Shown here piece after piece: positions 1-8,156 of a stretch of DNA of 11,456 nucleotides. A program made the translations under genes and the position numbers. Position 1 is the stretch's first letter; every line of letters starts with the position of its first letter. Origin of the DNA: Octopus sinensis. Its lineage: Eukaryota. The notes below the pieces were generated by a model. That model was given only the letters and a program-made list of their open reading frames with translations. It ran no database searches and was not told the origin of the DNA. Where the stretch lies: the NCBI RefSeq assembly GCF_006345805.1, contig NW_021827002.1, positions 1 through 11,456 of the forward strand, given 5' to 3'.

Positions 1-325
1 ATAATTAGATATGGCCGCTTTTTAATATGTAAGCCACTTTTCTTCAGTGGTAGATGCGTGTATATATGTGTGGTCTATATTTATGCGATCACAGTATTTC
101 CGTTAATGGCGTATGAGTGTATATATTTGTGCACGCCTCTTGTCTATATGTATGTGAATGTTTTCGCTTATAGTGTAGGTGTGTATAATTATGTGTCAAA
201 ACGGAAGGAAACGAAATGTAAATGGTGTATATATAGAGAGAAACGTGTATTAACACACACACAAAATTCCACAAACATATATGCATTCATATATTCTTAT
301 AAGGGTATACATATATATATACGTT

Positions 326-351
326 TGTGTGTGTGTGTCTGTCTGGTGTGT

Positions 352-388
<37 letters not shown>
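326..388. repeat. (TG)n microsatellite, interrupted in its 5' half
   Basis: Direct reading; pure TG run from ~357-388, set in a TG/TA-rich low-complexity block covering ~60-650. Confidence 0.95.
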
Positions 389-390
<2 letters not shown>

Positions 391-963
391 GTATGTTTGT
401 GAATATCAATTAGTGTTTAGTGATGCAAAAATATCTTTATATACGTGCGAGCGTATTTCTGTGTATCGTTGAAAGTGCGTGCATCCATTCTGTGTGCTTG
501 TTTGCCTGTGTGTTCTGTGTGTATATATGGCACTGGACACGAATACGCACGCAGGACTATGCATAGGCTTTTGACGAAATGTGTCTCTGTATGTATGCGT
601 GTATGCGGGAGCATGTTTTTTTTGTGTGTGTGTGTGTGTATACGTGTTTGCACGATTGTCTGTATGGATGGAGAAGAATGAGGTTATGCATCTGCTGTGT
701 TGCCACCAACATTCTGGTGCCTGTAGTGGTTTCGCCGATGTTATTTTTGTTTATTCAGAAACCATCTATCACGAATGTCTATTCTCTACGATTCACTAAT
801 TTTGTTGTTCTACATAGCAAGAGCGATGGCAATAACGATGCTATCGGATGCAGACACATGTCCTGACATGTTTACAGGTGGTGGAAATAGGTCTGTTGTT
901 TTGATGCAGCCACCCCATTATACATATCACATATATCCATATACCCTGAAAAATGCATATATT

Positions 964-1196
964 TATTTCTTTACTACCCACAAGGGGCTAAACACAGAGG
1001 GGACAAACAGGGAGAGACAAACGGATTAAGTCGACTATATCGACCCCAGTGCGTAACTGTTACTTAATTTATCGACCCCGAAAAGATGAAAAGCAAAGTC
1101 GACCCTGGCGGAATTTGAACTCAGAACGTAACGGCAGACGAAATACGGCTACGCATTTAGCCCGGCATGCTAACGTTTCTGCCAGCTCGCCGCCTT
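964..1196 (-). mobile_element. Full-length tRNA-derived SINE, family A copy 1, with 15-bp target-site duplication
   Basis: Minus strand starts AAGGCGGCGAGCTGGCAGAAACGTTAG. A-box-like motif at 1170-1184 and B box GAGTTCAAATTCC at 1110-1122. Body aligns to 4215-4405 and 10122-10291. Perfect direct repeat AAAAATGCATATATT at 949-963 and 1197-1211. Confidence 0.92.
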
Positions 1197-1429
1197 AAAA
1201 ATGCATATATTACTTAGATATGGAAGGTGAATATGTAAACCCCAATGTACAGTGAGTGGCAAGTATTGTATCTACCCCAGGGTACGAAAAATTATAATAC
1301 ATATTGCATCTGTCAACCAGGGCAGAGCGAAAATATTTAATGCATCTATTGCACTATATGATGAACCCTCTTCGACCTGCACCTCTGTGTCTAACTTTAC
1401 CCTCAACCTGGGCTCCAAAGCAAAAAATA

Positions 1430-1451
1430 AATAGTTGTATATACAACTATT
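1430..1451. repeat. Perfect 22-bp palindrome AATAGTTGTAT|ATACAACTATT
   Basis: 1430-1440 is the exact reverse complement of 1441-1451, with no loop. Confidence 0.9.
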
Positions 1452-1638
1452 CAGCTCAAAAGCAACGAATGTAGTTGAACTAATGGACAAATTCCGCTTC
1501 ATCAGCCTTTTCTACGTGTGTTGCTTATTACTGCTCAACCGGGAATGCGGCAGAGTTAGCGTTGAACCAATTCCCGCTGTAGAGGGAATACAGCTCGTTA
1601 GAGTTAAAGTTATGGCTTTCATTTAACAGCAATCGTAT

Positions 1639-1702
1639 CTACCACAGAGGGCCTAAGACAGATGAACGATGAAAGCTAGAATCTACTGCAGCGGGATTTG
1701 AA
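1639..1702 (-). mobile_element. Degenerate, internally deleted remnant of SINE family A
   Basis: Reverse complement of 1668-1702 (TTCAAATCCCGCTGCAGTAGATTCTAGCTTTCATC) matches the copy 1 B-box/body region at 24/35 ungapped. 1639-1662 resembles the copy 1 tail at 974-998. Confidence 0.4.
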
Positions 1703-2326
1703 GGAAATTAGAAACAATAAGCTCAATAATATTAATAGTCATATATACATCTCAGTTATGCAGCTCATGATTTACGCTGATACTTAAAATTTGTCCATCA
1801 TATATCATTCCTCGGACGGCAATGTATGTGTGTGTGTTTGTATGTATGTATGTGTGTGTGTGTGTGTGTTTTCTCCTTTATTTTTTTATTATTTGAATTG
1901 TTCCTCTGCAGTAAAGGTTGGTTTCTGACAAGGATACACAGTTCGCTCGTTGGAATGTTCATATCGAAAACAATTTCACATTTCAAGGTTGAGAAAAGTC
2001 TTGCATCTGTAGTGCTGTGTGGGTCGATGGTGGTGTTACCAATTTCTACCATCATTGCCATGATTGTGCAAGCGAAATTCCAAGACGTACCAGAAATATT
2101 TTTCAAACATCAGTTTCCATAGTGCTACATTCTGTCAGTAGAAGTGTAAACGAACCTTTTATCGACTTAAACTGGTGGTGTCTGCAGAAATGTAGAAGAA
2201 AATGTTCAAAAGGAAATTTCAAACGATCTTCTAGACTTATGTACGTATGTATGTATCTATGCACGTTTTGAAGTCGTAAATATCTGATGTATATATGTAT
2301 GTATGTATGTAATGTATGTATGTATG

Positions 2327-2619
2327 TTGAGGGAATGGAATGAGTAAAATCCAGGCAACATACATTTCTTAACTGATTCTCTGATGTATTAATTACTCAG
2401 CGCGGGGTACTCAGCCAGGATAACTTAATTCCATGAATGCTACATTGACGCTCAGAATTCGGGAATTCAAAGCGACAATGTAACTGTCATGTGATTAAGG
2501 TGTTCTCGGCCTGATGATTAGCCAGGCTAAGTACCCCTCGTTGAGGAATTAGTACGTCGGAGGATCAACCAGCTAAGAAAAATGTACAGCTTGGATTATT
2601 ACCCGTTCCACTCCCTCAA
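2327..2619. mobile_element. MITE-like foldback element with ~95-bp imperfect terminal inverted repeats
   Basis: Left arm 2327-2419 (TTGAGGGAATGGAATGAGTAAAATCCAGGC...GGGGTACTCAGCCAGG) aligns to the reverse complement of 2522-2619 (TTGAGGGAGTGGAACGGGTAATAATCCAAGC...GGGGTACTTAGCCTGG). No TSD visible; superfamily not assigned. Confidence 0.7.
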
Positions 2620-2871
2620 TTTGGATTTTTATTCGCACTCGTAGCAACTCTTGCTGGTAACACTGAGTTATACATGAACCATCAGCTTATCGAATTTCCT
2701 TGTAACTACGATAAAGAAACCTTCAACGTCAGCAGATTATTTATTGCCTCAGACACTACACTGCACACTTTTGTTTTCTATGCCTCTCATTGACCGCTTG
2801 AAGCTCACAAACTTCCTACACTTGGTTCCCTAAATATTACACTTATACACCAAACTATACATACATATATA

Positions 2872-3099
2872 TATTTTTACAGTTCCAGCGAGGGATTAGA
2901 TCTGTAGTCTTCGAATTAGCTTTCCCCTTTCTGGTTTTGAGAAGCCTAATTTCTCAAGGTTGGTATTTATTCAGGGTGTTACATATCCCATGACTCCAAT
3001 AATTACAGGTATAAGCCTGAACTTGTGATCTGGAAAGAGTACGTGCAGATTTCTGAATAGTTCAGCGCAGGTATTCTCTTTTTCACTCATCTTCAGCTT
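2872..3099 (-). mobile_element. Decayed C-terminal restriction-like endonuclease fragment of an R2/R4/NeSL-type non-LTR retrotransposon
   Basis: One frame reads KLKMSEKENTCAELFRNLHVLFPDHKFRLIPVIIGVMGYVTP*INTNLEKLGFSKPERGKLIRRLQI*SLAGTVKI. This fits the RLE pattern K-x-x-K-Y-x-x-L ... (V/I)P(I/V)xIGxxG ... LQ...GTxKI. Two premature stops at 2971-2973 and 2896-2898. Confidence 0.75.
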
Positions 3100-3424
3100 T
3101 GTTAACATACCTGTACATACATCTGGAAGTGACCTGTTGCATATTTGGCGTGGGAGACTATTTATCGAAAATACGATGAATACTATCTCCAACTTTGGAG
3201 CCACAACTGCCAGCCTTGTTAAAAACTGGTTAATGTTCAGATGAATTAATTGAGGGAGCCTTTTATTCAAGATCGTAGGGATTTGCGACTACAACTTGAA
3301 TATAGCATGCAGAGAGTTACTATAAACAACATGGCTGGACACAACAACAACAACAACAACACAATAGAGGAAGAGAACGAAAACAATAGCTCAACAGGTA
3401 AACACATTCTTTCTAGCTGTAGTT

Positions 3425-3431
3425 TATATAT

Positions 3432-3471
<40 letters not shown>
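3425..3471. repeat. (TA)n microsatellite with one interruption
   Basis: Direct reading. Confidence 0.95.
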
Positions 3472-3476
<5 letters not shown>

Positions 3477-4214
3477 CAGCTAGAAAGAATTTGTTTACCT
3501 GTTGAGTTATACACATACATACATACATTCATACATACATAATGTATGTATGTACGTACGTATATATCAGGAAGTCAAAAGAAATTCCCATCGGTCAAAA
3601 AATTTCATACAAAAATAATTTTTTTAATGAATTTTTAATGATTTCGTCGAATAATTACTAACAATCATCGTTTCTTGCTTTACACCTGCATTCCCCTCTG
3701 ATTTCTTATTGTTATGGTAATTGAGCGAAGAAACGTTAAGTGAGATTACTAGCTTTCCAGACTAATGAAAAATATGGTAAACGGGGCGAATGTGATGACA
3801 CGGAGAATGGTTTGTGTTTATGGAAATATCAAATACAAACAATTATCAAAGTAGACTATATTATTATGTTGTGGCGATCTGGGAATTTGTCTCCACGGGA
3901 ATGGTGCTTTACTCCTTCTCTGGCGAGTTTAGAGAGTGGTCCATTGTCTAACGTATATTTATTCTTTTCATCCACCAACTCCTGTCTCTTTAGAAACTTC
4001 GATCGACATTCCATCTTGCGCTCGATTCTTTCTCTTTCCTTATTTCTAATTTAAATCAAGTTGGTGAACTTTTATTCTTATAATATGCAACTCTATGTTA
4101 GGCCATTCAACGCGAAACCTCACCAACCATAGACCATCGTAGTTGATCGCCTTAAGGTAGACCTCGGGGCGATTCAGCCTGACACAGAATGTGACAGGCC
4201 TGGCCCTTTGAAAT

Positions 4215-4405
4215 GCACGCCGGGCGAAATGCTTTGCAGTATTTCGTCTGCCGTCATGTTCTGAGTTCAAATTCCGTCGGGGTCGACTTTGCCTTTCATC
4301 CTTTCGGGGTCGATTAAATAAGCACCCCTTATGCAGTGGGGTCGACGTAATCGACTGAATCCCTTTGTCTGTCCTTGTTTGTACCCTCTATGTTTAGACC
4401 CTGTG
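4215..4405 (+). mobile_element. SINE family A copy 2, 5'-truncated (A box missing)
   Basis: Begins at GCACGCCGGGCGAAATGC. B box GAGTTCAAATTCC at 4263-4275. Colinear with the reverse complement of copy 1 through the GTCGA-rich body to GTTTAGACCCTGTG. Confidence 0.9.
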
Positions 4406-4522
4406 CTTTTTGTGTTAAGAGATTTCTGTGTTTAAGTTTGTATGTTGGTTGAGCTCTCGATGCACACACGCACGCAGATGTATGTATGCATGTATGAATA
4501 TATGTATGTCTGACTATCGGTA

Positions 4523-4524
<2 letters not shown>

Positions 4525-4553
<29 letters not shown>
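4525..4553. repeat. (AT)n microsatellite
   Basis: Direct reading. Confidence 0.95.
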
Positions 4554-4556
<3 letters not shown>

Positions 4557-5507
4557 ACGTATCATGTTATCAATTATACTCTATGAAGATAATTTAGAAT
4601 ATTCGACAATGAAATCTGTTTCCCTTTCACACTTTCAATGTTCTTCGTAATGGAGATTTCCTAATTCTGTACAAATAATAGTTAATGTTCGATGTATTCA
4701 TGTGTTGCATACATCATTTCTTTAATCTCAGAATTCAGGACTCTTTCCTATCCTTGAACATAACTTATTCACATCCGCCCATTTGTCCACCATCCTAAAA
4801 ATAACTCACTGTATATTTTAGCTGTGGAGTCTTCTTAAAAAAAAAAACCCCCAAAAAAACCAAAGATTCAATTGCTAATCTCGTCCTTTTGTAGAATATT
4901 GAGCGGAGATGGTTGTGTTATTAACTAATGTTTTGTTTTGTAATGATTCATCGCAGTAAATGCATAATCAAGCGACGAAACTACGTCGTGGTAACGCATG
5001 CAATATAACAGTTTGACTTATGAAGTCTGCACCTTCCACGTTCACAGTGTAATTTGTGTAATCCATTTTCAATCTCAAATATATTCTGTGATATGCAGGT
5101 TCTTCGTTTCGTATTAATAGGGAGATTACTAAATACAGTGCTTATGGTTTTTTCTTTTTTTTCCAATATTTTCCTACTATTAATTTAGGATTAGCTGCAA
5201 CACATTACAATATATTACAATATATTACAATACATTTCAGCATACTGCAGTACAAAATACGAACGAAAACCAAAGGGAAAATATTAATTGCTAACACAGC
5301 TATTCGATATGAAATGTCACAAAACAAAAATATTAGCTTTAATAATATCAAAATAACACAACATTGTTGGAACACTTTGAGAATATTTAATGAGTAATGG
5401 ATTGATGAAACTAAACTGGGATGAGAGGTTTAAATATTTTAAATCTGATGATAGTGGATTTGTAGGATAGAATCTTATTATTTTTCTGTTCACTGTAAAA
5501 AGTCCGC

Positions 5508-5754
5508 ATGTTCGAGTTTAAGATGTTGCATATGTCCTTATTAGTACTTTATATTATTTGGTAATAATTTTATTCAAAATTCCTCAATATTTCTATGTAT
5601 TCTTGAGTTAGTTTTATTATCTGAAAGAAGTGATTTCCAGATAATAAAACTAACTCAAGAATACATAGAAATATTGAGGAATTTTGAATAAAATTATTAC
5701 CAAATAATTATAAAGTACTAATAAGGACATATGCAACATCTTAAACTCGAACAT
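5508..5754. repeat. Near-perfect long inverted repeat (116/117-bp arms, 14-bp spacer)
   Basis: 5508-5623 equals the reverse complement of 5638-5754 except for one extra T at ~5709. Spacer AAAGAAGTGATTTC at 5624-5637. Checked base by base. Confidence 0.97.
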
Positions 5755-5797
5755 AGTCGTATTTTCGAATATGTATTGTGTTGCGTACAGTGTAGGT

Positions 5798-5802
<5 letters not shown>

Positions 5803-5836
<34 letters not shown>
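5803..5836. repeat. (TG)17 microsatellite
   Basis: Direct reading. Confidence 0.95.
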
Positions 5837-5839
<3 letters not shown>

Positions 5840-5889
5840 AGATCTCCTAACAACAGCTGTTGATACCAGTGGGAATTTATCTTTATATT

Positions 5890-6009
5890 CCACAAGGCTT
5901 TGGTCGGTCCCAAGCTATGGTAGAGGACACTTTCCCAAGATGCCACGCAGTGGGACTGAACCCAGAACCATTTCTGGTTGGGAAGTAAGCTTCTTACCAC
6001 AAAACCACG
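5890..6009 (-). mobile_element. tRNA-derived SINE with CORE-like domain, family C copy 1 (partial)
   Basis: On the minus strand, B-box-like GGTTCAGTCCC (5952-5962) is followed by GGCATCTTGGGAAAGTGTC, which resembles the CORE-SINE motif ACCTTGGGCAAGT. 5921-5960 matches 7783-7822 at 34/40 ungapped. Confidence 0.75.
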
Positions 6010-6029
6010 TGTGTGTGTGTGTGTGTGTC

Positions 6030-6083
<54 letters not shown>

Positions 6084-6126
6084 CACACACATACACATGC
6101 ATACACACACGCGCGCACACACACAT
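6009..6126. repeat. Compound microsatellite (GT)n-(AT)n-(AC)n
   Basis: (GT)n at 6009-6028, (AT)n at 6033-6076, degenerate (AC)n at 6077-6125. Confidence 0.95.
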
Positions 6127-6884
6127 AATAAAATTAACCATTCTGATCAGATGCAGAATCATTGTTTTGATTATTAGCCATTCCGTTATTGTCAATTATT
6201 ATTTTCTAAAGACCCTCGAATATATCTGCGATTCTCGCTTAATTTCATTCTTTATCCTTATTGAAATGATTGGTGGAAGATAGAATCAGTTTATTAATCT
6301 TCCTTTATTTTTTTAATTTTCTCTCTTTTACCTAAAAACAAGATAAATGTAAATAACTGAATCAGCAACAATATAAATCAGATAATTAGAAGATAAAAAA
6401 AATTTATGAAATAAATTATAATTTCAATAAAGCCATTTATGTGTAAAGATAATTAAAGTCTAAATAAACTCTATTTTCCAACTTTGTTACAATTTTTTCT
6501 TTTTTTTTTTTTCCTTTCTCTGTTTCTAATTCTTTCTTTCACACTTGAAATGAAAAGATGAAAGAAATTAGTTCCAGAATTCGTAGAAATTCTCGGTAAT
6601 ACTTTCTAATCTTCAAATCAACAAGTTTAATCAAGTGTAAAGTAATTATATATTTGCCTCAAATATAACGGTTCGTTTTTAGCTACTTATAATAAAGGAC
6701 CTATATTACAAGGAAACGTGATTACAGGGATATGTGATGCTAATAACGAACCAAACAGCATTAGTCTTTTAATCCAGACAAGCTAATTAAGGCGTCTTTA
6801 CGTGGTGAGTCGACTGTTTCGAGTAACGACCTGAACTCGTTCAATTTACTCCTTACCCGCTTTGAAGAATGGAGCGACACAATC

Positions 6885-6937
6885 GATAATACAGTTCTAT
6901 ATTTAAGAGATGAGGAATTTTGTACATTATTTACATT
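6885..6937 (-). mobile_element. Inverted 3'-tail fragment of SINE family B
   Basis: 6920-6937 is the exact reverse complement of 7324-7341 (18 bp). 6885-6919 is contiguous with it and is inferred to be the distal tail. Confidence 0.7.
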
Positions 6938-7048
6938 GAATCTCTACATCTACATAGGAAAGTTAGATGGTCTGAAAGACGAGCTAGTTTCTGATGGAGT
7001 TTCTCTATATGTCTCCATTGAAGACTAATGTCGGTTCCGCACCGATTA

Positions 7049-7083
7049 GATAATACAGTTCCATATTTAAGAGATGGGGAATT
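7049..7083 (-). repeat. Second copy of the distal tail fragment
   Basis: GATAATACAGTTCCATATTTAAGAGATGGGGAATT is a 33/35 direct repeat of 6885-6919. Confidence 0.85.
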
Positions 7084-7091
7084 AGGCCCAC

Positions 7092-7341
7092 GGGCATATG
7101 GCGTAGTGATTAAGAGTGCGGACTACTAACGCCAAGATTCCGAGTTCGATTCCAGGCAGTGACCTGAATAATGATGATGATAATAATAATAATAACATCG
7201 TAAGATACCTTAGGAATGAGAACCCAGGTTCGACATTTCCCCAAGACACCTGATGAAGGCTGGAGGGTATATGAGCCGAAACGTTGTATTAACACCAAAC
7301 ATAATGAGGCCAAATATCCGTCAAATGTAAATAATGTACAA
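7092..7341 (+). mobile_element. tRNA-Arg-derived SINE, family B, with hammerhead-containing tail
   Basis: The 73-nt head (7092-7164) aligns ungapped to metazoan tRNA-Arg(ACG) as I recall it, sharing blocks GGGC, TGGCG, GACTAC, AAGATTCC and GTTCGA. A-box-like TGGCGTAGTGA at 7099-7109, B box AGTTCGATTCC at 7143-7153. An (ATG/ATA)n linker at 7168-7195 precedes the tail. Confidence 0.85.
7245..7290 (+). ncRNA. Minimal type I hammerhead ribozyme motif (Penelope-like element type)
   Basis: Stem I 5' GACAC (7245-7249); core CTGATGA (7250-7256) plus an extra A; stem II GGCT/AGCC (7258-7261/7274-7277); GAAA (7278-7281); loopless palindromic stem III ACGT; GUU cleavage triplet (7283-7285); stem I 3' GTATT (7286-7290; 3 Watson-Crick pairs, one G-U pair, one C-A mismatch). 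Confidence 0.7.
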
Positions 7342-7717
7342 TCGATAATATATTCTACAAGGCGGCGATCCCCCAGAAAGTTTGGCCAATGTATTGCTCT
7401 CAACACCCTGAGCAAGTTAATACACGTATTAGGTTTTCCGAAGCACACGTGAAGCTGTTTTCCACTGTAAAACGTTGACCCTGTTTGGAAGAGAACTCCG
7501 ATCCCCCAATTAGGTTGACGGATATACCACAGTTGCGCCTCCCGCATATTTTTGCGGATATTGTCGCCTACTGGGCTTGTGTCAGGAGACTCTCCATAGA
7601 TTTGGATTGTCTTTTGCTCTTTATGATGGTGTGCGTTTAGAGAATTAAAATACTATTAAATTTTATTCAATTTTATAATAGGTAAAATCGGACAGAACTT
7701 ATGGGATGACCTGATAC

Positions 7718-7872
7718 GCACACACATATACGACGGGCTTCTTCAAGTTTTCGTCTATCAATTGGGCAGTTTGGAGTAATAGTAGATGACATTTACCCAA
7801 GATGCCGCGAAGTGGGATTGAACTGGAAGCCACGTGGTTTGCAAAGCGAGCTTCTTAAACCCGACAGTCATG
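7718..7872 (-). mobile_element. CORE-like SINE family C copy 2, degenerate
   Basis: Aligns to 5921-5970. CORE-like GGCATCTTGGGTAAATGTC (reverse complement of 7788-7806). Ends on the minus strand in a TATATGTGTGTG simple-repeat tail. Confidence 0.7.
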
Positions 7873-8156
7873 TGTGTGCATATGCATAACTGTTTATATA
7901 TGTATGTAATATTGCCAAAGGCTAACTGAGAGTCATTAATCTCAGAGCTTTACATTTAGAAAATTGCATCGACTGACCAATGTAGCAGACGATAATAAAA
8001 TGAAAGATTTATGCAAAACAAATAGCCTATGTAAAAAAAATAAACAACAAAAGGAAAAACAAAGAGAACTGAAATGCGCCATTTTGTTTCATATCAGACA
8101 ATTAATAAATGCCAATATGTCATTAAAGAGTAATGAAGTATTGGATGAATGAGTAA

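Noticed and set aside
58-866. ORFs 58..402, 89..286, 281..472, 417..653, 445..681, 579..866, 581..799
   Set aside because: CV/YI/HT-rich peptides are translations of (TG)n/(TA)n repeats, open on both strands, with no domain signal.
1798-2106. Minus-strand peptide VEIGNTTIDPHSTTDARLFSTLK, loosely like a hAT dimerisation motif or K+ channel pore region
   Set aside because: Needs gaps to fit, stops lie immediately upstream, and the opposite strand gives an equally loose fit, so this is probably over-reading.
2511-2530. CTGATGA followed by TTAGCC/GGCTAA stem, a possible second hammerhead (also CTGATGA at 5445-5451 and on the minus strand at 1499-1505)
   Set aside because: No GAAA after the stem and no stem I/III; the core is incomplete in all three.
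5204-5232. Three tandem ATTACAATAT units
   Set aside because: Short spacerless tandem repeat; not CRISPR-like and unremarkable in AT-rich DNA.
5650-6283. ORFs 5650..6195 (181 aa) and 5978..6283
   Set aside because: They run through compound microsatellites, a SINE and the hairpin arm; the length comes from stop-free repeats.
7092-7164. Possible functional tRNA gene
   Set aside because: Acceptor and anticodon stems do not pair, there is no T-run terminator, and it continues into a SINE tail.
7359-7368. AAGGCGGCGA identical to the first 10 nt of SINE family A
   Set aside because: The match stops after 10 nt; too short to call.
7110-7547. ORFs 7110..7547 and 7216..7452
   Set aside because: Largely translations of the SINE; no recognisable protein.
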